Assembly (NCBI GenBank): GCA_964016885.1
Contig: OZ024740.1
Coordinates: forward strand, 39,246,001-39,310,000
DNA from: Eledone cirrhosa
Lineage: Eukaryota
Length of the DNA stretch: 64,000 nt
Reading direction: 5' to 3'
The notes under the pieces are model-generated. The model was not told the origin of the DNA and searched no databases. It was given only the letters and a program-made list of their open reading frames with translations. Made by a program: the position numbers and the translations under genes. Positions 47,701 through 61,800 of this stretch are shown piece by piece; the first letter of the stretch is position 1, and every line of letters begins with the position of its first letter.

Positions 47701-50700
47701 ACAGTAGTATTGCAAATATATAACAGTAATATTGTAACTATATAACAGTAGTATTGTAACTATATAGCAGTAGTATTTTAACTATATAGTAGTATTGTAA
47801 CTATATATAGCAGTAGTATTTTAACTATATTGTAGTATTCTAACTATATATAACAGTAGTATTGCAAATATATAACAGTAGTATTGTAACTATATAACAG
47901 TAGTATTGTAACTATATATAACACTAGTATTGTAACTATATAACAGTAGTATTCTAACTATATAGTGTAGTATTGTAACTATATATAACAGTAGTATTGT
48001 AACTATATAACAGTAGTATTGTAACTATATAGTGTAGTATTGTAACTATATATAACAGTAGTATTCTAACTATATAACAGTAGTATTGTAACTATATAGT
48101 GTAGTATTGCAACTATATAGTGTAGTATTGTAACTATATAACAGTAGTATTGTAACTATATAACAGTAGTATTGTAACTATATAACAGTATTATTGTAAC
48201 TATATAACAGTAGTAATGTAACTATATAACAATAGTAATGTAACTATATGACAGTAGTATTGCAACTATATAACAGTAGCATTGTAACTATATAACAGTA
48301 GTATTGTAACTATTTAACAGTAGTATTGTAACTATACAGTGTAGTATTGTAACTATATAACAGTAGAATTGTAACTATATAACAGTAGTATTGTAACTAT
48401 ATAGTGTAGTATCGTAACTATATAACACTAGTATTGTAACTATATAGTGTAGTATTGTAACTATATAGTGTAGTATTTTAACTATATGACAGTAGTATTG
48501 TAACTATATAACAGTAGTATTGTAACTATATAGTGTGGTATTGTAACTATATAACAGTAGTATTGTAACTATATTACAGTAGTATTGCAACTATACAGTG
48601 TATTATTGTAACTATATAACAGTAGTATTGTAACTATATAACTGTAGTATTGTAACTATATAACAGTAGTATTGTAACTATATAACAGTAGTATTGTAAC
48701 TATATAACAGTGGTATTGTAACTATATAACAGTAGTATTGTAACTATATAACAGTAGTATTGTAACTATATAGTGTAGTATTGTAACTATATAACAGTAG
48801 TATGGTAACTATATAACAGTAGTATTGTAATTATATAGTATAGTATTGTAACTATATAACAGTAGTATTGTAACTATATATCATCAGTAGTATTGTAACT
48901 ATATAACAGTAGTATTGTAACTATATAACAGTAGTAACGTTACTATATAATGTAGTATTGTAACTATATAGTGTAGTATTGTAACTATATAACAGTAGTA
49001 TTGTAACTATATAACAGTAGTATTGTAACTATATAACAGTAGTATTGTAACTATATATAACAGTAGTATTGTAACTATATAACAGTAGTATTGTAACTAT
49101 ATAACAGTAGTATTGTAACTATATATAACACTAGTATTGTAACTATATAACAGTAGTATTCTAACTATATAGTGTAGTATTGTAACTATATATAACAGTA
49201 GTATTGTAACTATATAACAGTAGTATTGTAACTATATAGTGTAGTATTGTAACTATATATAACAGTAGTATTCTAACTATATAACAGTAGTATTGTAACT
49301 ATATAGTGTAGTATTGCAACTATATAGTGTAGTATTGTAACTATATAACAGTACTATTGTAACTATATAACAGTAGTATTGTAACTATATAACAGCAGTA
49401 TTGTAACTATATAACAGTAGTAATGTAACTATATAACAGTAGTAATGTAACTATATGACAGTAGTATTGCAACTATATAACAGTAGCATTGTAACTATAT
49501 AACAGTAGTATTGTAACTATATAACAGTAGTATTGTAACTATACAGTGTAGTATTTTATCTATATAACAGTAGAATTGTAACTATATAACAGTAGTATTG
49601 TAACTATATAACAGTAGTATGGTAACTATATAACAGTAGCATTGTAACAATATATAACAGTAGTATTGTAACTATATAGTGTAGTATTGTAACTATATAA
49701 CACTAGTATTGTAACTATATAGTGTAGTATTGTAACTATATAGTGTAGTATTTTAACTATATGACAGTAGTATTGTAACTATATAACAGTAGTATTGTAA
49801 CTATATAGTGTAGTATTGCAACTATATAACAGTAGTATTGTAACTATACATATCAGTAGTATTATAACTATATAACACTAGTATTGTAACTATATAGTGT
49901 AGTATTGTAACTATATAACTGTAGTATTGTAACTATATAACAGTAGTATTGTAACTATATAACAGTAGTATTGTAACTATATAGTGTAGTATTGCAACTA
50001 TATAGTGTAGTATTGTAACTATATAACAGTAGTATTGTAACTATATAACAGTAGTATTGTAACTATATAACAGTATTATTGTAACTATATAACAGTAGTA
50101 ATGTAACTATATAACAGTAGTAATGTAACTATATGACAGTAGTATTGCAACTATATAACAGTAGCATTGTAACTATATAACAGTAGTATTGTAACTATAT
50201 AACAGTAGTATTGTAACTATACAGTGTAGTATTGTAACTATATAACAGTAGAATTATAACTATATAACAGTAGTATTGTAACTATATAGTGTAGTATCGT
50301 AACTATATAACACTAGTATTGTAACTATATAGTGTAGTATTGTAACTATATAACAGTAGTATTGTAACTATATAACAGTAGTATTGTAACTATATAACAG
50401 TATTATTGTAACTATATGACAGTAGTATTGCAACTATATAACAGTAGCATTGTAACTATATAACAGTAGTAATGTAACTATATGACAGTAGTATTGCAAC
50501 TATATAACTGTAGCATTGTAACTATATAACAGTAGTATTGTAACTATATAACAGTAGTATTGTAACTATACAGTGTAGTATTTTAACTATATGACAGTAG
50601 TATTGTAACTATATAACAGTAGTATTGTAACTATATAGTGTAGTATTGCAACTATATAACAGTAGTATTGTAACTATACATAACAGTATTATTATAACTA

Positions 50701-53700
50701 TATAACACTAGTATTGTAACTATATAGTGTGGTATTGTAACTATATAACAGTAGTATTGTAACTATATGACAGTAGTATTGCAACTATACAGTGTATTAT
50801 TGTAACTATATAACAGTAGTATTGTAACTATATAACTGTAGTATTGTAACTATATAACAGTAGTATTGTAACTATATAACAGTAGTATTGTAACTATATA
50901 ACAGTGGTATTGTAACTATATAACAGTAGTATTGTAACTATATAACAGTAGTATTGTAACTATATAGTGTAGTATTGTAACTATATAACAGTAGTATGGT
51001 AACTATATAACAGTAGTATTGTAATTATATAGTATAGTATTGTAACTATATAACAGTAGTATTGTAACTATATATCATCAGTAGTATTGTAACTATATAA
51101 CAGTAGTATTGTAACTATATATAACAGTAGTATTGTAACTATATAGTGTAGTATTGTAACTATATAACAGTAGTATTGTAACTATATAGTGTACTATTGT
51201 AACTATATAACAGTAGTATTGTAACTATATAGTGTAGTATTGTAACTATATAACAGTAGTATTGTAACTATATAGTGTACTATTGTAACTATATAACAGT
51301 AGTATTGTAACTATATAGTGTAGTATTGTAACTATATAACAGTAGTATTGTAACTATATAACAGTAGTATTGTAACTATATAACAGTAGTATTGTAACTA
51401 TATAGTGTATTATTGCAACTATATAACAGTAGTATTGTAACTATATATAACACTAGTATTGTAACTATATAACAGTAGTATTCTAACTATATAGTGTAGT
51501 ATTGTAACTATATATAACAGTAGTATTGTAACTATATAACAGTAGTATTGTTACTATATAGTGTAGTATTGTAACTATATATAACAGTAGTATTCTAACT
51601 ATATAACAGTAGTATTGTAACTATATAGTGTAGTATTGCAACTATATAGTGTAGTATTGTAACTATATAACAGTAGTAATGTAACTATATAAGAGTCGTA
51701 ATGTAACTATATGACAGTAGTATTGCAACTATATAACAGTAGCATTGTAACTATATAACAGTAGTATTGTAACTATATAACAGTAGTATTGTAACTATAT
51801 AACAGTAGTAATGTAACTATATTACAGAAGCATTGTAACTATATAGTGTAGTATTGTAACTATATAACAGTAGTATTGTAATTATATAGTGTAGTATTGT
51901 AACTATATAACAGTAGTATTGTAACTATATAACAGTAGTATTGTAACTATATATAACAGTAGTATTGTAACTATATAGTGTAGTATTGTAACTATATAAC
52001 AGTAGTATTGTAACTATATAGTGTACTATTGTAACTATATAACAGTAGTATTGTAACTATATAGTGTAGTATTGTAACTATATAACAGTAGTATTGTAAC
52101 TATATATAACAGTAGTATTGTGACTATATAACAGTAGTATTGTAACTATATAACAGTAGTATTGTAACTATATAGTGTAGAATTGCAACTATATAACAGT
52201 AGTATTGTAACTATATAACAGTAGTAATGTAACTATATAACAGAAGCATTGTAACTATATAGTGTAGTATTGTAACTATATAACAGTAGTATTGTAATTA
52301 TATAGTGTAGTATTGTAACTATATAACAGTAGTATTGTAACTATATAACAGTAGTATTGTAACTATATATAACAGTAGTATTGTAACTATATAGTGTAGT
52401 ATTGTAACTATATAACAGTAGTATTGTAACTATATAGTGTACTATTGTAACTATATAACAGTAGTATTGTAACTATATAACAGTAGTATTGTAACTATAT
52501 ATAACACTAGTATTGTAACTATATAACAGTAGTATTCTAACTATATAGTGTAGTATTGTAACTATATATAACAGTAGTATTGTAACTATATAACAGTAGT
52601 ATTGTTACTATATAGTGTAGTATTGTAACTATATATAACAGTAGTATTCTAACTATATAACAGTAGTATTGTAACTATATAGTGTAGTATTGCAACTATA
52701 TAGTGTAGTATTGTAACTATATAACAGTAGTATTGTAACTATATAACAGTAGTATTGTAACTATATAACAGTAGTATTGTAACTATATAACAGTAGTAAT
52801 GTAACTATATAAGAGTCGTAATGTAACTATATGACAGTAGTATTGCAACTATATAACAGTAGCATTGTAACTATATAACAGTAGTATTGTAACTATATAA
52901 CAGTTGTATTGTAACTATATAACAGTAGTAATGTAACTATATTACAGAAGCATTGTAACTATATAGTGTAGTATTGTAACTATATAACAGTAGTATTGTA
53001 ATTATATAGTGTAGTATTGTAACTATATAACAGTAGTATTGTAACTATATAACAGTAGTATTGTAACTATATATAACAGTAGTATTGTAACTATATAGTG
53101 TAGTATTGTAACTATATAACAGTAGTATTGTAACTATATAGTGTACTATTGTAACTATATAACAGTAGTATTGTAACTATATAGTGTAGTATTGTAACTA
53201 TATAACAGTAGTATTGTAACTATATAACAGTAGTATTGTAACTATATAACAGTAGTATTGTAACTATATAACAGTAGTATTGTAACTATATAGTGTAGTA
53301 TTGCAACTATATAACAGTAGTATTGTAACTATATAACAGTAGTATTGTGATAATATAACAGTAGTATTGTAAATATATAACAGTAGTAATGTAACTATAT
53401 AATGTAGTATTGTAACTATATAGTGTTGTATAGTAACTATATAACAGTAGTATCGTAACTATATAACAGTAGTATTGTAACTATATAACAGTAGTATTGT
53501 AACTATATAACAGTAGTATTGTAACTATATATAACAGTAGTATTGTAACTATATAACAGTAGGATTGTAACTATATAGTGTAGAATTGTAACTATATAAC
53601 AGTAGTATTGTAACTATATAACAGTAGTATTGTAACTATATAACAGTAGTATTGTAACTATATAGCACTAGTATTGTAACTATATAGCAGTAGTATTTTA

Positions 53701-53930
53701 CTATATAGTAGTATTGTAACTATATATAACAGTAGTATTGTAACTATATAGTGTAGTATTGTAACTATATAACAGTAGTATTGTAACTATATATCAGTAG
53801 TATTGTAACTATATAACAGTAGTATTGTAACTATATAACAGTAGTATTGTAACTATGTAGTGTAGTATTGTAACTATATAACTGTAGTATTGTAACTATA
53901 TAACAGTGGTATTGTAACTATATAACAGTA
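44750..53930 (+). repeat. Duplicated block with 6376-bp offset (~44750-47550 vs ~51130-53930)
   Basis: ATTACAGAAGC at 45445/51821 and 46565/52941; AAGAGTCG at 45315/51691 and 46435/52811. Confidence 0.9.
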
Positions 53931-56900
53931 GTATTGTAATTATATAACAGTAATATTGTAACTATATAACAGTAGTATTGTAACTATATAGCAGTAGTAT
54001 TTTAACTATATAGTAGTATTGTAACTATATATAGCAGTAGTATTTTAACTATATTGTAGTATTCTAACTATATATAACAGTAGTATTGCAAATATATAAC
54101 AGTAGTATTGTAACTATATAACAGTAGTATTGTAACTATATATAACACTAGTATTGTAACTATATAACAGTAGTATTCTAACTATATAGTGTAGTATTGT
54201 AACTATATATAACAGTAGTATTGTAACTATATAACAGTAGTATTGTAACTATATAGTGTAGTATTGTAACTATATATAACAGTAGTATTCTAACTATATA
54301 ACAGTAGTATTGTAACTATATAGTGTAGTATTGCAACTATATAGTTTAGTATTGTAACTATATAACAGTAGTATTGTAACTATATAACAGTATTATTGTA
54401 ACTATATAACAGTAGTAATGTAACTATATAACAGTAGTAATGTAACTATATGACAGTAGTATTGCAACTATATAACAGTAGCATTGTAACTATATAACAG
54501 TAGTATTGTAACTATATAACAGTAGTATTGTAACTATACAGTGTAGTATTGTAACTATATAACAGTAGAATTGTAACTATATAACAGTAGTATTGTAACT
54601 ATATAGTGTAGTATCGTAACTATATAACACTAGTATTGTAACTATATAGTGTAGTATTGTAACTATATAGTGTAGTATTTTAACTATATGACAGTAGTAT
54701 TGTAACTATATAACAGTAGTATTGTAACTATATAGTGTGGTATTGTAACTATATAACAGTAGTATTGTAACTATATGACAGTAGTATTGCAACTATACAG
54801 TGTATTATTGTAACTATATAACAGTAGTATTGTAACTATATAACTGTAGTATTGTAACTATATAACAGTAGTATTGTAACTATATAACAGTAGTATTGTA
54901 ACTATATAACAGTGGTATTGTAACTATATAACAGTAGTATTGTAACTATATAACAGTAGTATTGTAACTATATAGTGTAGTATTGTAACTATATAACAGT
55001 AGTATGGTAACTATATAACAGTAGTATTGTAATTATATAGTATAGTATTGTAACTATATAACAGTAGTATTGTAACTATATATCATCAGTAGTATTGTAA
55101 CTATATAACAGTAGTATTGTAACTATATAACAGTAGTAACGTTACTATATAATGTAGTATTGTAACTATATAGTGTAGTATTGTAACTATATAACAGTAG
55201 TATTGTAACTATATAACAGTAGTATTGTAACTATATAACAGTAGTATTGTAACTATATATAACAGTAGTATTGTAACTATATAACAGTAGTATTGTAACT
55301 ATATAACAGTAGTATTGTAACTATATATAACACTAGTATTGTAACTATATAACAGTAGTATTCTAACTATATAGTGTAGTATTGTAACTATATATAACAG
55401 TAGTATTGTAACTATATAACAGTAGTATTGTAACTATATAACAGTACTATTGTAACTATATAACAGTAGTATTGTAACTATATAACAGCAGTATTGTAAC
55501 TATATAACAGTAGTAATGTAACTATATAACAGTAGTAATGTAACTATATGACAGTAGTATTGCAACTATATAACAGTAGCATTGTAACTATATAACAGTA
55601 GTATTGTAACTATATAACAGTAGTATTGTAACTATACAGTGTAGTATTTTATCTATATAACAGTAGAATTGTAACTATATAACAGTAGCATTGTAACAAT
55701 ATATAACAGTAGTATTGTAACTATATAGTGTAGTATTGTAACTATATAACACTAGTATTGTAACTATATAGTGTAGTATTGTAACTATATAGTGTAGTAT
55801 TTTAACTATATGACAGTAGTATTGTAACTATATAACAGTAGTATTGTAACTATATAGTGTACTATTGCAACTATATAACAGTAGTATTGTAACTATACAT
55901 ATCAGTAGTATTATAACTATATAACACTAGTATTGTAACTATATAGTGTAGTATTGTAACTATATAACTGTAGTATTGTAACTATATAACAGTAGTATTG
56001 TAACTATATAACAGTAGTATTGTAACTATATAGTGTAGTATTGCAACTATATAGTGTAGTATTGTAACTATATAACAGTAGTATTGTAACTATATAACAG
56101 TAGTATTGTAACTATATAACAGTATTATTGTAACTATATAACAGTAGTAATGTAACTATGTAACAGTAGTAATGTAACTATATGACAGTAGTATTGCAAC
56201 TATATAACAGTAGCATTGTAACTATATAACAGTAGTATTGTAACTATATAACAGTAGTATTGTAACTATACAGTGTAGTATTGTAACTATATAACAGTAG
56301 AATTATAACTATATAACAGTAGTATTGTAACTATATAGTGTAGTATCGTAACTATATAACACTAGTATTGTAACTATATAGTGTAGTATTGTAACTATAT
56401 AGTGTAGTATTTTAACTATATGACAGTAGTATTGTAACTATATAACAGTAGTATTGTAACTATATAGTGTAGTATTGCAACTATATAACAGTAGTATTGT
56501 AACTATACATAACAGTATTATTATAACTATATAACACTAGTATTGTAACTATATAGTGTGGTATTGTAACTATATAACAGTAGTATTGTAACTATATGAC
56601 AGTAGTATTGCAACTATACAGTGTATTATTGTAACTATATAACAGTAGTATTGTAACTATATAACTGTAGTATTGTAACTATATAACAGTAGTATTGTAA
56701 CTATATAACAGTAGTATTGTAACTATATAACAGTGGTATTGTAACTATATAACAGTAGTATTGTAACTATATAACAGTAGTATTGTAACTATATAGTGTA
56801 GTATTGTAACTATATAACAGTAGTATGGTAACTATATAACAGTAGTATTGTAATTATATAGTATAGTATTGTAACTATATAACAGTAGTATTGTAACTAT

Positions 56901-58734
56901 ATATCATCAGTAGTATTGTAACTATATAACAGTAGTATTGTAACTATATAACAGTAGTAACGTTACTATATAATGTAGTATTGTAACTATATAGTGTAGT
57001 ATTGTAACTATATAACAGTAGTATTGTAACTATATAACAGTAGTATTGTAACTATATAACAGTAGTATTGTAACAATATATGACAGTAGTATTGTAACTA
57101 TATAACAGTAGTATTGTAACTATATAACAGTAGTATTGTAACTATATATAACACTAGTATTGTAACTATATAACAGTAGTATTCTAACTATATAGTGTAG
57201 TATTGTAACTATATATAACAGTAGTATTGTAACTATATAACAGTAGTATTGTAACTATATAGTGTAGTATTGTAACTATATATAACAGTAGTATTCTAAC
57301 TATATAACAGTAGTATTGTAACTATATAGTGTAGTATTGCAACTATATAGTGTAGTATTGTAACTATATAACAGTACTATTGTAACTATATAACAGTAGT
57401 ATTGTAAATATATAACAGCAGTATTGTAACTATATAACAGTAGTAATGTAACTATATAACAGTAGTAATGTAACTATATGACAGTAGTATTGCAACTATA
57501 TAACAGTAGCATTGTAACTATATAACAGTAGTATTGTAACTATATAACAGTAGTATTGTAACTATACAGTGTAGTATTTTATCTATATAACAGTAGAATT
57601 GTAACTATATAACAGTAGTATTGTAACTATATAACAGTAGTATTGTAACTATATAACAGTAGCATTGTAACAATATATAACAGTAGTATTGTAACTATAT
57701 AGTGTAGTATTGTAACTATATAACACTAGTATTGTAACTATATAGTGTAGTATTGTAACTATATAGTGTAGTATTTTAACTATATGACAGTAGTATTGTA
57801 ACTATATAAAAGTAGTATTGTAACTATATAGTGTAGTATTGCAACTATATAACAGTAGTATTGTAACTATACATATCAGTAGTATTATAACTATATAACA
57901 CTAGTATTGTAACTATATAGTGTAGTATTGTAACTATATAACTGTAGTATTGTAACTATATAACAGTAGTATTGTAACTATATAACAGTAGTATTGTAAC
58001 TATATAACAGTGGTATTGTAACTATATAACAGTAGTATTGTAACTATATAACAGTAGTATTGTAACTATATAGTGTAGTATTGTAACTATATAACAGTAG
58101 TATGGTAACTATATAACAGTAGTATTGTAATTATATAGTATAGTATTGTAACTATATAACAGTAGTATTGTAACTATATAACAGTAGTATTGTAATTATA
58201 TAGTGTAGAATTGCAACTATATAACAGTAGTATCGTAACTATATAACAGTAGTATTGTAACTATATAACAGTAGTAACGTTACTATATAATGTAGTATTG
58301 TTACTATATAGTGTAGTATTGTAACTATATAACAGTAGTATTGTAACTATATAACAGTAGTATTGTAACTATATAACAGTAGTATTGTAACTATATAACA
58401 GTAGTATTGTAACTATATATAACAGTAGTATTGTAACTATATAACAGTAGTATTGTAACTATATAACAGTAGTATTGTAAATATATAGTGTAGTATTGCA
58501 ACTATATAGTGTAGTATTGTAACTATATAACAGTAGTATTGTAACTATATAACAGTAGTATTGTAACTATATAACAGTAGTATTGTAACTATATAACAGT
58601 AGTAATGTAACTATATAAGAGTCGTAATGTAACTATATGACAGTAGTATTGCAACTATATAACAGTAGCATTGTAACTATATAACAGTAGTATTGTAACT
58701 ATATAACAGTAGTATTGTAACTATATAACAGAAG

Positions 58735-58812
58735 CATTGTAACTATATAGTGTAGTATTGTAACTATATAACTTTTATATATAGTTACAATGCTACACTA
58801 TATAGTTACAAT
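58735..58812. other. Satellite inversion junction (orientation switch)
   Basis: ...TAGTGTAGTATTGTAACTATATAAC|TTTTATATATAGTTACAATGCTACACTA...; forward monomers abut reverse-complement monomers with no foreign insert. Confidence 0.97.
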
Positions 58813-61800
58813 ACTACTGCTATATAGTTACAATACTACTGTTATATAGTTACAATGCTACACTATATAGTTACAATACTACTGTTATATAGTTATAATA
58901 CTACTGTCATATAGTTACAATACTACACTATATACTTACATTACTACTATTATATAGTTACAATAATACTGTTATATAGTTACAATACTACACTATATAG
59001 TTACAATACTACTGTTATATAGTTACAATAATACACTATATATATTTACAATACTACTCTTATATAGTTACAATACTACAGTTATATAGTTACAATACTA
59101 GACTATATAGTTACAATTCTACTTTTATATAGTTACAATACTACACTATATAGTTACAATACTACTGTTATATAGTTACAATACTACTGTTATATAGTTA
59201 CAATAGTACACTATATAGTTACAATACTACTGTTATATAGACAGAATACTACACTATATAGTTACAATACTACTGTTATATATAGTTACAATACTACTGT
59301 TATATAGTTACAATACTACTGTTATATAGTTACAATACTACACTATATAGTTACAATACTACTGTTATATACTTACAATACTAGTGTTATATATAGTTAC
59401 AATACTACTGTTATATAGTTACAATACTACTGTTGTATAGTTACGATACTACACTATATAATTACAATACTACTGTTATGTAGTTACAATGCTACTGTTA
59501 TATAGTTACAATGCTACACTATATAGTTACAATAATACTGTTATTCAGTTACGATACTACTGTTGTATAGTTACAATGCTACACTATATAGTTAAAATAC
59601 TACTGTTATATAGTTACAATACTACTGTTATATAGTTACAATACTACTGTTATATAGTTACAATACTACTGTTATATAGTTACAATACTACTGTTATATA
59701 GTTACGATACTACACTATATAGTTACAATACTACTGTTATATAGTTACAATACTACTGTTATATAGTTACAATACTACTGTTGTATAGTTACAATACTAC
59801 TGTTATATATAGTTACAATACTACTGTTATATAGTTACAATACTAATGTTATATAGTTACTATACTACTGTTATATTGTTACAATACTACTGTTATATAG
59901 TTACAATACTATTGTTATATAGTTACATTACTACACTATATAGTTACAATACTACTGTTATATAGTTACAATACTACACTATATAGTTACAATACTAATG
60001 TTAGATAGTTACAATACTACTGTTATATAGTTACAATACTACACTATATAGTTACAATACTACACTATATAGTTACAATACTACACTATATAGTTACAAT
60101 ACTACTGTTATATAGTTACAATACTACTGTTATATAGTTACAATACTACTGTTATATAGTTACAATACTACAGTTATATAGTTACAATACAACACTATAT
60201 AGCTACAATATTACTATTATATAGTTACGATACTACTGTTATATAGTTGCAATACTACTGTTATATAGTTACAATACTACACTATATAGTTACAATACTA
60301 CTGTTATATAGTTACAATACTACACTATATAGTTACAATACTACTGTTTTATAGTTACAATACTACACTATATAGTTACAATAGTACTGTTATATAGTTA
60401 CAATACTACTGTTATATAGTTACAATACTACACTATATAGTTACAATACTACTGATATATAGTTACAATACTACTGTTATATAGTTACAATACTACCCTT
60501 ATATAGTTACAATTCTACTGTTATATAGTTACAATACTACTGTTATATATAGTTACAATACAACTGTTATATATAGTTACAATACTACTGTTATATAGTT
60601 ACAATATTACAGTTATATAGTTACAATACTACTGTTATATAGTTACAATACTACTGTTATATAGTTACAATACTACTGTCATATAGTTACGATACTACTG
60701 TTATATAGTTACAATACTGCTGTTATATAGTTACGATACTAATGTTATATAGTTACAATACTACACTATATAGTTACAATACTACTGTTATATATAGTTA
60801 CAATACTACTGTTATATAGTTACAATACTACACTATATAGTTACAATACTACTGTTATATAGTTACAATACTACTGTTATATAGTTACAATAGTAGAGTT
60901 ATATAGTTACAATACCCACTGTTATATAGTTACAATACTACTGTTATATAGTTACAATACTACACTATATAGTTACAATACTACTGTTATATAGTTACCA
61001 TACTACTGTTGTATAGTTACGATACTACACTATATAATTACAATACTACTGTTATATAGTTACAATGCTACTGTTATATAGTTACAATGCTACACTATAT
61101 AGTTACAATACTACTGTTATATAGTTACAATACTACTGTTATATAGTTACAATACTACTGTTATATAGTTACAATACTACACTATATAGTTACAATACTA
61201 CTGTTATATAGTTACAATACTACACTATATAGTTACAATACTACAGCTATATACTTACGATACTACTGTTATATAGTTACAATACTACACTATATAGTTA
61301 CAATACTACTGTTATATAGTTACAATACTACTGTTATATAGTTACAATACTACTGTTATATAGTTACAATACTACTGTTATATATAGTTACAATACTACT
61401 GTTATATAGTTACAATCCAACACTATATAGCTACAATACTACTATTATATAGTTTCAATACTACTGTTATATAGTTGCAATACTACTGTTATATAGTTAC
61501 AATACTACACTATATAGTTACAATACTACTGTTATATTGTTACAATACTACTGTTATATAGTTACAATACTACACTATATAGTTACAATACTACTTTATA
61601 TAGTTACAATACTACTCTTATATAGTTACGATACTATACTATATAGTTACAATACTACAGTTATATAGTTACAATACTACACTATATAGTTATAATACCA
61701 TTGTTAAATAGCTACAATACTACTGTTATATAGTTACAATACTACTTTTATATAGTGAAATATACTACTGTTATATAGTTACAATACTACACTATATAGT

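Larger units (their letters stand above)
1..58772 (+). repeat. Tandem satellite array, 22-bp consensus TATATAACAGTAGTATTGTAAC with 21-bp (TATATAGTGTAGTATTGTAAC), 24-bp (extra TA) and 19-20 bp variants; forward orientation
   Basis: Head-to-tail repetition of GTAGTATTGTAACTATATAACA from position 1 to ...TAACTATATAAC at 58772. The only interruption seen is the 20-bp inversion at 40717-40736. About 2,700 monomers, estimated from length. The array runs off the left edge. Confidence 0.99.
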
